Origin: Acidobacteriota bacterium
GTDB taxonomy: Bacteria > Acidobacteriota > Thermoanaerobaculia > Multivoradales > Multivoraceae
Direction: 5' to 3'
Length of the DNA: 64,000 nt
Assembly: GCA_039026915.1 (NCBI GenBank)
Contig: JBCCLJ010000006.1
Span: 5,000 to 68,999 of the forward strand
The translations under genes were made by a program, and so were the position numbers. This document shows positions 34,481-43,987 of the stretch, in pieces. Each line of letters opens with the position of its first letter. Position 1 is the stretch's first letter. A model generated the notes under the pieces. That model was not told the DNA's origin and searched no databases. It saw only the letters and a list, made by a program, of their open reading frames with translations.

Positions 34481-36958
34481 ATGAAAGTGCTGAAGTTCGG
34501 CGGATCGTCGGTGCGCGACGCCAGCCGCATCCTACGAGTCGCCGAGCTCATCGAAGCGTCGCTCGACGACGCTCGTCCCCCGGCCGTCGTCGTTTCGGCC
34601 CTCGGCGGCATCACCGACGACCTCAAAGCCCTTCCGGCCCTGGCTCTCGCCGACGTCGACGAGGCTTACAGTCACCTGGCCCGGCTGGAACAGCGGCACG
34701 TCGACACGCTCGAAGCTCTCGCTCCCGGATCGACCGACGAGCAACAGCGCCTGAACGACGCCTTCGACCGGCTGCGCAAGATCGCCGGTGGCATCCACCT
34801 CCTGCAGGAAAGTTCGGCACGCACGCTCGACGAGGTCATCACCTACGGCGAGCTGCTGTCGGCCCCGATCGTCGCGGCCGCTCTTCGTGCCAGAGGACAC
34901 CGAGCCGAGGCCTACGACACGCGCGAGCTCGTCGTGACGCACCACCGCTTCGGCGGCGCGCGCGCCCTGCTGGAGCCTACGTTCGCGCGTTTGCGGGCCG
35001 CACTCACTCCCTCGACGGACCGCTCCGAGTCGCCGTCGATACCGGTGATCAGCGGCTTCGTCGCGCGCTCGGATCGCGGCGCGACGACCCATCTCGGTCG
35101 CGGCGGTTCCGACCTGACGGCTGCGCTCGTCGCCGCTGCGCTCGAGGTCGACGCACTCGAGATCTGGACGGACGTCGACGGCGTGCTGACCGCCGATCCG
35201 AGGGACGTTCCCGAAGCCCGATCGATTCGACAGATGAGCTTCGAGGAGCTGATGGAGCTCTCTCATTTCGGCGCCAAAGTCGTCTACCCACCAACGGTGC
35301 AGCCGGTGCGCGCCGCGGGCATCGCGCTCTCCATCCACAGCACGCTCGAGCCCGACTCACCCGGCACGCGCATCGTCGAGCAGCGTTCGGAAGATGTGCC
35401 GGGCAACCCGGTGGTCGGCGTCGCTGCGATCGACCACGTCAGTCTGCTGCGTCTCGAAGGCGACGGCATGATCGGCATCCCGGGGACCGCCGGGCGCCTC
35501 TTCCAGGCCCTCGCCCGGAAAGAGATCAGCGTCATCCTCATCTCCCAGGCTTCGTCCGAGCACTCCATCTGCTTCGCCATCGACCCGCAGCAGAGCCATC
35601 GCGCCCGCCAGGTGGTCGACGCCGAGTTCGAACTCGAGCGACGCGCCGGCGTCATCAACCCGCTGATCGTCGAAGACGACTGTGCCGTCGTGGCAGCGGT
35701 CGGCGCCGGCATGTGCAGCGAGCCAGGGATCGCGGGCCGCGTCTTCCGGGTTCTCGGAGAGCGTGGAATCAACGTGCGGGCGATCGCACAAGGGTCGTCC
35801 GAGCGCAACATCTCCCTGGTCATCGATCGGTCGCAGAAGGGCCGGGCGGTGCGCGTCGTGCACCGTGCCTTCTTCGGCGAGCTGCCGAAACGCGTACGCG
35901 TCGGGCTCGTCGGCGTCGGTGGTGTCGGATCGGAGCTGCTTCGACAGCTGGGTCCAGGGACCCACGCATCGCGGCACCTCGAGGTCGTGGCAACCGCAAG
36001 CTCGCGTCGTGCGTGGTGTGGAGAGCTCGAAGGTGAGTGGCCCACCGACTGGCGCGCTTTTCTCGAGGAGCACGGCGCGGAAGGTGACGCGAAAGCACTC
36101 GCCGCCGAGCTGATCCAGCTCGACGGACCTCGTCTCTTCATCGACTGCAGCGCTTCGGACGACGTCGCGGAGCTCTATCCTGAGCTTCTGGCGGCAGGAA
36201 TCGGAGTCGTCGCAGCCAACAAAAAGGGCTTCGCCGACCGCTCCGAGAAGAGCGCCGCTCTGTTCACCGCTGACGGCATCTACCTCGAGGCCACCGTCGG
36301 TGCCGGGCTGCCGGTGCTGTCGACACTCCGAGACCTCGTCACCACGGGGGACGAGGTAAAGACCATCGACGGCGTGCTCTCCGGCACCCTGGCCTTCGTC
36401 CTCGATCGCCTGCTGGCAGGGGAGACACTGTCGGCAGCGGTGCGAGAGGCACATCAGGCCGGCTACACCGAGCCCGATCCGCGCGAGGACCTCTCTGGCC
36501 AGGACGTCGCACGCAAGCTGCTGATCTTGGCGCGCGGCGCCGGCTTCGGTCTCGAGCCCGGAGACCTGGACGTCGAGCCTCTCGTCGACGTCTCGGGCGA
36601 AGCCAGCGTCGAGGAGTTCCTCGGCGGCCTGGCAGATCTCGACGAAGAGTTCCGGCAGAAGGTGGAAGCAGCCCGCGATCGCGACGAGAAGCTCTGCTAC
36701 CTCGCGCGCTTCGACGGCGAGCGAGCGACGGTCGGTCTGCAGTCGATCGCCGGCGACCACCCGGCCTTCGCACTCAGCGGAACCGACAATCTGATCGCCT
36801 TCGCGACGCGACGCTACGACGCGACACCGCTCGTCGTTCGCGGACCCGGAGCCGGTACTGCAGTCACCGCCGCGGGCGTCCTCGGCGATGCGCTGCGCGC
36901 CGCGCGAGAGATGCGCCGCTCGCCGCCCAAGCCGATGCGCCGCCGGGGAGTGTCGTGA
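34481..36958 (+). CDS. thrA: Bifunctional aspartokinase / homoserine dehydrogenase
   Basis: 'MKVLKFGGSSVRDA', 'GRGGSDLTAA', ACT-region repeats. C-terminal HSDH 'VGLVGVGGVGSELL' and 'GYTEPDPREDLSGQDVARKLLILAR'. AAGGAG SD upstream. Confidence 0.93.
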   Translation: MKVLKFGGSSVRDASRILRVAELIEASLDDARPPAVVVSALGGITDDLKALPALALADVDEAYSHLARLEQRHVDTLEALAPGSTDEQQRLNDAFDRLRKIAGGIHLLQESSARTLDEVITYGELLSAPIVAAALRARGHRAEAYDTRELVVTHHRFGGARALLEPTFARLRAALTPSTDRSESPSIPVISGFVARSDRGATTHLGRGGSDLTAALVAAALEVDALEIWTDVDGVLTADPRDVPEARSIRQMSFEELMELSHFGAKVVYPPTVQPVRAAGIALSIHSTLEPDSPGTRIVEQRSEDVPGNPVVGVAAIDHVSLLRLEGDGMIGIPGTAGRLFQALARKEISVILISQASSEHSICFAIDPQQSHRARQVVDAEFELERRAGVINPLIVEDDCAVVAAVGAGMCSEPGIAGRVFRVLGERGINVRAIAQGSSERNISLVIDRSQKGRAVRVVHRAFFGELPKRVRVGLVGVGGVGSELLRQLGPGTHASRHLEVVATASSRRAWCGELEGEWPTDWRAFLEEHGAEGDAKALAAELIQLDGPRLFIDCSASDDVAELYPELLAAGIGVVAANKKGFADRSEKSAALFTADGIYLEATVGAGLPVLSTLRDLVTTGDEVKTIDGVLSGTLAFVLDRLLAGETLSAAVREAHQAGYTEPDPREDLSGQDVARKLLILARGAGFGLEPGDLDVEPLVDVSGEASVEEFLGGLADLDEEFRQKVEAARDRDEKLCYLARFDGERATVGLQSIAGDHPAFALSGTDNLIAFATRRYDATPLVVRGPGAGTAVTAAGVLGDALRAAREMRRSPPKPMRRRGVS

Positions 36959-37917
36959 GTCCGCCATCGGCCGGAGTGCTCTCGCAGGTCCGCGCCTTCG
37001 CACCGGGCTCCGTTTCCAACGTCGGCTGCGGCTTCGATGCCCTCGGCTTCGCCATCGCCGGAGTCGGTGACGAGGTCATCGCTCGTCGCGTCGACGGCTC
37101 CGCGCAGGTCTCCATCCGAGCGATCCACGGCGAGGGTGGGCGGCTGCCGCTCGAGGCCGGGAAGAACACGGCGGGCAAGGCGGCGCTCGCAGTGCAGTCG
37201 AGGGCCACCGAAGCGCCTGCCGTCGAGCTCGAGATCTTCAAGAAGATGCCTCTGTCCAGCGGGCTGGGATCGAGCGCGGCATCCGCCGTCGCGGCAGTCG
37301 TCGCCGTCGATCGGCTGCTCGGTACGGAGCTCCCGTCAGCCGAGCTTCTCGAATGCGCGCTCGAAGGTGAGCAGATCGCGAGCGGCGCACGCCACGCCGA
37401 CAACGTCGCACCATCGCTCCTCGGCGATCTGCTTCTCGTGCGAAGCCTCGATCCCGAGCCGGACATCGTGCTGCTGCCCTGCCTCGAAGATCTGCACTGT
37501 GTCGTTCTGCGACCCGACGTGCCCATCAACACCGCCGAATCGAGGCGCCTGCTCGGCGACACGGTGCAGCTGCCGCAGGCGATTCAGCAGTGGGCCAACC
37601 TCGGTGGCTTCGTCGCGGCGCTGTACAAGGGCGACGCCGAGCTCTTGTCGCGATGTCTCATCGATGTTGTGGCCGAGCCGGTCCGAGGACCCCAGGTTCC
37701 CGACTTCGCTCGCATTCAGGCCGCCGCCCTGGAGGCGAGGGCGCTCGGCTGCAGTCTGTCCGGAAGCGGTCCAGCGATCTTCGCCCTGGCGCTCGGCAAA
37801 GAGAGCGCGAAGAGCGTTGCCGGAGCCATGAACGCTGCCCTCTCTGCCGAGATCGAGCGCGATCTGCTCGTCTCGTCTCTGCCCTGTCGCGGCGCGCACG
37901 TGATCGAGGAGTCGTAG
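36955..37917 (+). CDS. thrB: Homoserine kinase
   Basis: GHMP-kinase motif 'KKMPLSSGLGSSAASAVAAV'. GTG start overlaps the thrA stop (GTGA). Confidence 0.9.
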   Translation: MSPPSAGVLSQVRAFAPGSVSNVGCGFDALGFAIAGVGDEVIARRVDGSAQVSIRAIHGEGGRLPLEAGKNTAGKAALAVQSRATEAPAVELEIFKKMPLSSGLGSSAASAVAAVVAVDRLLGTELPSAELLECALEGEQIASGARHADNVAPSLLGDLLLVRSLDPEPDIVLLPCLEDLHCVVLRPDVPINTAESRRLLGDTVQLPQAIQQWANLGGFVAALYKGDAELLSRCLIDVVAEPVRGPQVPDFARIQAAALEARALGCSLSGSGPAIFALALGKESAKSVAGAMNAALSAEIERDLLVSSLPCRGAHVIEES

Positions 37918-39224
37918 TGCGGTGCATTTCGACGGACGGCACCTGTCCTGAGACGGACCTCGCCGAGGCTCTTTACACCGGACTTGCACCGGACGGCAGC
38001 CTCTACATGCCGCGGCAGCTCGATCCTCTCGAGGAGGCGGATCTTCGACGCCTCGCGCCGCTGCCGCTTCCTGAGTCCGCCACCGTCGTCGCGCGGCATC
38101 TGCTCCGCGACGCTCTCGAACCCACCGCGGTCGAGTCGCTGATTCACGACACGCTCGACTTCGAGATCCCTCTCGTGCCGGTCGAAGAAGGCCACTACGT
38201 ACTGGAGCTCTTCCACGGCCCGACGCTCGCCTTCAAGGACGTCGGCGCGCGCTTCATGGCCCGGCTGATGCGCGCCCTACAGCCCCCGTCGCACGAACGA
38301 CTGACGATTCTGGTCGCGACGAGCGGCGACACCGGCAGCGCGGTGGCTCACGCCTTCGCCGGCCTCGAGGGCTTCGACGTAGCGGTCCTCTTTCCCCACG
38401 GGAAGGTGAGCGAAGCGCAGCAGAAGCTGTTCACGACGATCGGCGGCAACGTGCGCTCCTTCGCCGTCGACGGAACCTTCGACGACTGCCAGAGGATGGT
38501 CAAGGAGTGCTTCGCCGACGCCGACCTGCGAGCACGCAGACCGTTGGGCTCGGCCAACTCGATCAATCTCGGCAGGCTGCTGCCGCAGTCGTTCTACTAC
38601 CTGCACCTCCTGCACGAGCTGACAGAACAGGGTCTCGACCCCTGGTCGATCGATTTGCGGATCGTCACACCGAGCGGCAACTTCGGCAACCTCACTGCCG
38701 GCCTCTTCGCCCGCCGCCTCGGTCTACCCTGCCGTTTTGTCGCGGCGACGAACGCCAACGACGTCGTGCCACAGTTCCTCGACGGCCGCCCGTACCAGCC
38801 TCGACCGTCCGTGAGAACGCTGTCGAACGCGATGGACGTCGGCGCTCCGAGCAACTTCGACCGCATCCTCCATCTCTACCAAGGCGACGAGGAGGCGCTC
38901 CGTAAGGACGTGGCCGGCGTCTCCGTCGACGACGAGCTCACTCTGGAGACGATCGCAGCCGTCTTTCAGCGCACCGGGTACGTACTCGATCCCCACACGG
39001 CGGTCGGCTATCTCGCACTGGAGAAGGCGGTACCGCCGGGCGCCACGGGCGTCGTTCTCGCGACGGCGCATCCGGCGAAGTTCGCGAACGTCGTCGAGCG
39101 GGCGACCGGCCGGCCCGTGGTCCTGCCGCCGGCGCTCGCGGACTGCCTCGACCGCGAGGAGTTCGTCACCGCGCTGCCGCCCGAAGCGTCGGCGCTGCGC
39201 GAAGAGCTGCTCGGCACAGGTTGA
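37917..39224 (+). CDS. thrC: Threonine synthase
   Basis: GTG 37917 overlaps the thrB TAG. 'ELFHGPTLAFKDVGARFMA' (PLP lysine), 'TSGDTGSAVA', 'GSANSINLGRLLPQ'. The listed ORF start at 37590 lies inside thrB. Confidence 0.9.
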   Translation: MRCISTDGTCPETDLAEALYTGLAPDGSLYMPRQLDPLEEADLRRLAPLPLPESATVVARHLLRDALEPTAVESLIHDTLDFEIPLVPVEEGHYVLELFHGPTLAFKDVGARFMARLMRALQPPSHERLTILVATSGDTGSAVAHAFAGLEGFDVAVLFPHGKVSEAQQKLFTTIGGNVRSFAVDGTFDDCQRMVKECFADADLRARRPLGSANSINLGRLLPQSFYYLHLLHELTEQGLDPWSIDLRIVTPSGNFGNLTAGLFARRLGLPCRFVAATNANDVVPQFLDGRPYQPRPSVRTLSNAMDVGAPSNFDRILHLYQGDEEALRKDVAGVSVDDELTLETIAAVFQRTGYVLDPHTAVGYLALEKAVPPGATGVVLATAHPAKFANVVERATGRPVVLPPALADCLDREEFVTALPPEASALREELLGTG

Positions 39225-39232
39225 GCGCTGTT

Positions 39233-40369
39233 TCAGGCCCTGAGCAGCGACCCGAGCAGCTTGACGCCCGGCCGCGCGAGCGCTGCGACGGTCGGCTCCC
39301 CCGTCGATAGAACGTCGAGGAACTCCGAGAAGCCCTGCGGGTTGCGGGCGAAGGAGCGCAGCGTGCGTCGGCGCAGCCGGGGCCAGCGGGCGAGCAGCAG
39401 CGTCATCTCGGTGAGCGTCTCCGGAACGCGGCGCTGACGACGCTGCGCCGCGCCGTACTGCGGCAGTCGGCCGTCGGCGATGGCGCCCGCCAGCAGGGGA
39501 GCCTGCTGTGCCGCGAGGCCCAGTCCTTCACCGGTGATCGCGTCGACGTAGCCCGAGGCATCTCCCACGAGAGCAGCATTGCCGCGCACGACGCCGCGAA
39601 CCGGCTGGCGCAACGGACCACAGCCGAGGGGTCGCGTCGCTTCGCACCCCTCGAGCTTCTCGGCCAGCCAGGGGAAGGCGGCCAGCTGATCGTCGAAGCG
39701 GCGCGACGACCGCTCCTCCGTCTCCGTCCATAGAAGCGCGACGCCGATTTCTCCCTCGCCGACCGGCGTGACGTACGCCTCGGCACCCTCCGTCCAGTGC
39801 ACTTCGACGGCATCGCTCCAGGGTGCTCGCGCGTAGTGACGCCGAACGCCGAAGCGGCGGCGCCCCGAGGCTCGTTTCCGTTCCAGCTCCAGGGTGCGTC
39901 GCGTCGCACTGCGCAGACCGTCGGCAGCGACGACGAAACGACTTCCACACGATCCTCGAGGTGTCTTCACCACGAAGGCGCCGGACGGCCCGCGCTCGCA
40001 GCGTGCGGCCTCGCCCCAGACGATCTCCACGCCGTTCCGTTCGGCCGTTTCGAGGAGGCGAAGGGAGAGCTCCGTGCGCCGCACACCGAGACCGTCGCCG
40101 CCGCGAAAGTCCGCGCGCGCCTCGGTCGCCTCATCGCGATAGACGATCGCGCGAAAGGGATGGCCCAGACCCTCCACATCGACGCCGAGCTCTTCGAGGG
40201 CCGCCAGACAGAACGGCATCAGCCCTTCGCCGCACGGTTTGTCGAGGCCGTCTCCCGAAGCCTTGCGCTTCTCGAACAGGCGAACCGAAAGACCGCGCTG
40301 ACGCAGCGCAAGTGCGGTCAGCAGACCGCCCGGTCCGCCACCGATGATGGCTACGTCGGGCTGATTCAC
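39233..40369 (-). CDS. FAD-dependent oxidoreductase/hydroxylase (geranylgeranyl-reductase-like; SrsC/FtpE-type position)
   Basis: GTG 40369 overlaps the upstream stop (GTGA). 'VAIIGGGPGGLLTALALRQRGLSVRLFEKR' dinucleotide fold; 'GNAALVGDASGYVDAITGEG'. The listed ORF extension to 40873 lies inside the ligase gene. Confidence 0.85.
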   Translation of the reverse strand: MNQPDVAIIGGGPGGLLTALALRQRGLSVRLFEKRKASGDGLDKPCGEGLMPFCLAALEELGVDVEGLGHPFRAIVYRDEATEARADFRGGDGLGVRRTELSLRLLETAERNGVEIVWGEAARCERGPSGAFVVKTPRGSCGSRFVVAADGLRSATRRTLELERKRASGRRRFGVRRHYARAPWSDAVEVHWTEGAEAYVTPVGEGEIGVALLWTETEERSSRRFDDQLAAFPWLAEKLEGCEATRPLGCGPLRQPVRGVVRGNAALVGDASGYVDAITGEGLGLAAQQAPLLAGAIADGRLPQYGAAQRRQRRVPETLTEMTLLLARWPRLRRRTLRSFARNPQGFSEFLDVLSTGEPTVAALARPGVKLLGSLLRA

Positions 40370-42096
40370 TCGGCAGTCCCTTCGAGTCGTCCGGAGAAGT
40401 AGTGCTCTGCGGCCGCTTGCCGGCGGAGTTTCCCCGACGACGTGCGCGGCAGATCGCCCGGTTGGAAGAGCGCCACGCGCTCCGCGCGCAGTCCGGTCTC
40501 CCGGAGAACTGCTCGGCGCACGTCGTCGACGATCTCTGACGCGGGGCGAGCGGCAGGCAGGCTGCGCTCGGCGAGCACGACGAGGCGCTCTCCATCGTCG
40601 GCACCGAGCTCCCAGCTCGCGGCCACGACTCCGCCCCAGAGCACACCCTCCGCCGCTGCGACAGCGCGTTCGACCCACGTCGGATCGATGTTGCGGCCGT
40701 TGAGCACCAGAACGTCTTTGTCGCGCCCGCAGAGGAACAATTCGCCGTCGTCGAAGAAGCCGAGGTCGCCGGTGTTCATCCACCCTTCCTGCAGGGTCGC
40801 AGCCGTTGCCTCGGGCTGACCGAGATACTCGGCGAAGAGCGACGGACCTCTCGCCCAGACCGATCCCACGCATCCCTCGGGCGCAGGCTTTCCTGAAACG
40901 TCACGGATCTCCACCTCGAAGTGCGGCACCGGCCGACCGACGGAGACGATGTCGACGCCATCGGCGCTCGGACGCGCGGTTCCCGCCTCGAGTGAGGATC
41001 GCTCGAAGCGCCGCGCGACGAACGAAGTCTCAGGAGCGCTGAAGGTCACGGCCAGAGCCGCCTCCGCCAGACCGTACACCGGCGTCAAGGCCTCGGGTCG
41101 CAGACCCCAAGGCGCAAAGCGCTCGCCGAACTGCTGAAGAGTGCGAGACGAGACCGCTTCCGCACCGTTGAGAGCGAAGCGCCAGGTCGAGAGATCGACA
41201 CCCTCCAACTGATCGTCGCGCACGCGCTCGACGCAGAGTCGGTAAGCGAAGTCGGGCGCTGCCGACACCGTCGCGCGCTTGCGCGAGATCGTCTGAAGCC
41301 AGAGAGCCGGGCGCGACACGAAGCTCTCGGGACTCAAGAGACTGAGTCTCGAAGGGCGCAACAGGACCGGAAGCAGACCGCCGACGAGGCCCATGTCGTG
41401 GTAGAGCGGCAGCCAGCTGACGCCGCTGTGGCTCGGGCCGTCCGCCTCGTCGGGCCAAAAGGAGTTGAGGATGCGGGCTTGCGCGAGCAGAGCACGGTGC
41501 GTCAGGGCGACCGGGCGCGGGGACCCCGTCGTGCCGGAACTGAACTGGACCAGGGCGAAGTCCTCGGGGTCTCTGGCGACGCCTCGTGCCTCGGTCGAGC
41601 CCTCGAGCTCGTCGACGTCGAGAACGACGAGCTCTTTGACGTCCTCGAGCACCGACCGCAGACGCTTCCGCAGCCTCGCATCGGTCACCAGCCAGCACGC
41701 ATCGACTGCGGCGAGCATCGCGCAGGTGCGGGCGGCGTAGTCGGCCGGGCCACCGAGACGAACCGGAGGATAGAGCGGGACCGGCACCGCTCCAACCTCG
41801 GAGGCCGCCAGGAGAAGCTCGAAGAACTCGACCGACGTCTGCAGCACCAGGGCGAGGCGATCTCCAGGCCGAACTCCTCGATCGCGCAGACCGGCGGCAC
41901 GCCGACGTACGCGCTGCCGCAGCTCGTGCCAGGAGACGGCGCGGGCCGTGGCCCCGCGTCGGTCGAGGAGCTCGAGCCCGAGGAATCGCGAGTCGCCCGC
42001 CGACCGCTCCGCCGCCAGGTCGAGTGCTTCGGAGAGGTGCCAAGGGGCCGAAGCCTCGAGGCTCTCGTGATCGAGAACGGCGGGCGGCACGTTCAA
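40366..42096 (-). CDS. Fatty acyl-AMP ligase-like adenylating enzyme
   Basis: TTG start overlapping the ACP stop (TTGA). 'LVQFSSGTTGSPRPVALTHRALL', 'YGLAEAALAVTF', 'WMNTGDLGFFDDGELFLCGRDKDVLVLNGRN', 'LPRTSSGKLRR'. Sits directly after a stand-alone ACP. Confidence 0.87.
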   Translation of the reverse strand: MNVPPAVLDHESLEASAPWHLSEALDLAAERSAGDSRFLGLELLDRRGATARAVSWHELRQRVRRRAAGLRDRGVRPGDRLALVLQTSVEFFELLLAASEVGAVPVPLYPPVRLGGPADYAARTCAMLAAVDACWLVTDARLRKRLRSVLEDVKELVVLDVDELEGSTEARGVARDPEDFALVQFSSGTTGSPRPVALTHRALLAQARILNSFWPDEADGPSHSGVSWLPLYHDMGLVGGLLPVLLRPSRLSLLSPESFVSRPALWLQTISRKRATVSAAPDFAYRLCVERVRDDQLEGVDLSTWRFALNGAEAVSSRTLQQFGERFAPWGLRPEALTPVYGLAEAALAVTFSAPETSFVARRFERSSLEAGTARPSADGVDIVSVGRPVPHFEVEIRDVSGKPAPEGCVGSVWARGPSLFAEYLGQPEATAATLQEGWMNTGDLGFFDDGELFLCGRDKDVLVLNGRNIDPTWVERAVAAAEGVLWGGVVAASWELGADDGERLVVLAERSLPAARPASEIVDDVRRAVLRETGLRAERVALFQPGDLPRTSSGKLRRQAAAEHYFSGRLEGTAE

Positions 42097-42347
42097 GAGG
42101 CGCCGCCCTTCTTGTGGCGAACGACGTCGACCAAGTCACGTACCGTCGCGATCGCCTCTTCGTCCTCGGGATCGAGGAGCACACGGAAGTGATTCTCGAC
42201 CTCAGCCGCCAAGGTCATCAGCTGCAGCGAGTCGAGCTGCAGATCTTCGACCAGGTGGGCGTCGAGCGGCAGTGGACCCTGGTGGTCCAGGTGCTCGGCG
42301 GCCACCTGCCGGACGCCGGCAAGGATCTCTTCTCGGGTCGAGGTCAT
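42093..42347 (-). CDS. Stand-alone acyl carrier protein
   Basis: 84 aa. Phosphopantetheine-site motif 'LQLDSLQLMTL'. ATGA overlap with the upstream gene. Confidence 0.85.
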   Translation of the reverse strand: MTSTREEILAGVRQVAAEHLDHQGPLPLDAHLVEDLQLDSLQLMTLAAEVENHFRVLLDPEDEEAIATVRDLVDVVRHKKGGAS

Positions 42348-42919
42348 CGTTGACCCGGGAGGCCGGCGCCGAAGACGCCGTCGTAGTCGCAGTGCTCACG
42401 CAGGGCGGTTTCTTCGACGTCGATGCGCACTTTGAGAAGGGTGGCGTTGGCGATGCTGAAGAGCAGGGCGGTCGCCCAGGCGCCGTGCACCAGTGGCAGC
42501 GCCAGTATCTCGAGTACGACAGCGACGTAGTTCGGGTGTCGGAAGAACCGGTAGGGGCCCCGCCGCACGGCGGGCGCTCCGGGCTCGACGAGTACGCGGG
42601 TGTTCCAGCGATCGCCGAGACTCGAGATCGCCCAGTAGCGAAGTGCCATCGACAGCACGATGAAGCCGAGCGCCAGAGCACTCACACCTCGAATCGGACT
42701 CCGACCGAGCGCCACGACCTCGACGAAGCAGGACATCAGAAAGAGCGTGTGCAGCACGACCATGAAGCCGTAGTGACGCTGCCCGACTTCGAGGCCTCCG
42801 CGCGAGCGCACGCGTCGTGCGTTGCGCGTCGACAGGACGAGCTCCACAAGCCGCTCCACGCCGACCGCGGCCAGAAGCAGCAAGTAGAGCTGCACGCTCG
42901 TCGTCAGGGTCAAGTTCAA
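42344..42919 (-). CDS. Membrane ICMT-family (isoprenylcysteine carboxyl methyltransferase-like) methyltransferase
   Basis: 191 aa, about 5 TM segments, 'GPYRFFRHPNYVAVVLEILALPLVHGAW'. TTG start overlaps the PKS stop (TTGA). Confidence 0.85.
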   Translation of the reverse strand: MNLTLTTSVQLYLLLLAAVGVERLVELVLSTRNARRVRSRGGLEVGQRHYGFMVVLHTLFLMSCFVEVVALGRSPIRGVSALALGFIVLSMALRYWAISSLGDRWNTRVLVEPGAPAVRRGPYRFFRHPNYVAVVLEILALPLVHGAWATALLFSIANATLLKVRIDVEETALREHCDYDGVFGAGLPGQR

Positions 42920-43971
42920 AACCTCAAAAGCACCAGTTCCGAGCAGAATCCGGGGCCCATCGCCAGGAGCACGCCGAAGCTACCGGCGGGAGGTGGATCG
43001 GCGAGGGTTTCTTCGAGGACCATGAGCACCGACGTCGACGAGAGATTGCCCACTTCGCGCAGCCCCTTCCACGTGAGATCGAAGGCAGACTCGTCGACCT
43101 CGAGCGCTTCAGCCATTGCCTGAAGAACCTTGGGTCCACCCGGGTGGCAGATCCAAGTGCCGATGTCTCGGCGACGCAGTCCCTCTTCGGCGAGGAAGGC
43201 GTCGACGTCGGCGCGCAGGTGATCAGCCACCATCTGAGGCACCCGCGCGGAGAGGACGATCTCGAACCCGTTCTCACCGATGGTCCAACCCATGACGTCT
43301 TCGCTGTCGGGATAGAGCACGGAGCGGGTCGCGATGACTTCGGGGCCCGAGGAGAGGGCCGGTGCCGCCGAGCTGCCGCCGAGCACGACAGCGGCGGCGC
43401 CGTCACCGAAGAGGCCGGTGGCGATCAAATTCGGAATGGACAGATCCTCGCGCTGCACCGTCAGCGAGCAGAGCTCGACGGAGAGCAGAGCCGCGGTGTG
43501 CTCGGGGAAGGCGCGCACGTAGTCCGCGGCGCGTGCTACGCCGGCCGCGCCGGCGACGCAGCCGAGGCCGAAGATGGGCGTTCGCTTGACCGACGGGTTG
43601 AGACCCAGCCGATGTACGAGGCGAGCATCGAGCGAGGGTACGGCGAGGCCCGTCACCGAGACGAAGAAGAGCGCGTCGAGCGACTCTGGGGCGACGCCAG
43701 CCAGCGACAGAGCCTGCTCGAGCGCACGTCCGCCGACATCGATTCCCACGCGAATCCAAGCGTCGTTGGCGTCCCCGAAACCGCCGAGAGCATCGAACTC
43801 CTCGAGTGGCAGCGCCAGGTGGCGACCACCGACGAGCACGTTCTGATGCAGGCGACGAAGTCTCTCCGTGTTGAAGTGACGGTCTCCCCACTCCTGCTCC
43901 AGGCGACTCACGATCGTCTCCTGGTCGTAGAAGTTGTCGGGAAGCGCACTCGCCACGCTGCAGATCCGCAT
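42916..43971 (-). CDS. Type III polyketide synthase (chalcone/stilbene synthase superfamily)
   Basis: Cys-His-Asn triad contexts 'PIFGLGCVAGAAG', 'WICHPGGPKVL' and 'VGNLSSTSVLMVL', plus C-terminal 'LAMGPGF'. GGAG SD 9 nt upstream. Confidence 0.93.
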   Translation of the reverse strand: MRICSVASALPDNFYDQETIVSRLEQEWGDRHFNTERLRRLHQNVLVGGRHLALPLEEFDALGGFGDANDAWIRVGIDVGGRALEQALSLAGVAPESLDALFFVSVTGLAVPSLDARLVHRLGLNPSVKRTPIFGLGCVAGAAGVARAADYVRAFPEHTAALLSVELCSLTVQREDLSIPNLIATGLFGDGAAAVVLGGSSAAPALSSGPEVIATRSVLYPDSEDVMGWTIGENGFEIVLSARVPQMVADHLRADVDAFLAEEGLRRRDIGTWICHPGGPKVLQAMAEALEVDESAFDLTWKGLREVGNLSSTSVLMVLEETLADPPPAGSFGVLLAMGPGFCSELVLLRF

Positions 43972-43987
43972 CAGACGTTGCTCCGGT

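Noticed and set aside
34453-36036. 527-aa plus-strand ORF, extremely Arg/Pro-rich (also 35357..37003 minus, 548 aa)
   Set aside because: These are an alternate frame of, and antisense to, thrA. Their composition is that of out-of-frame high-GC translation.
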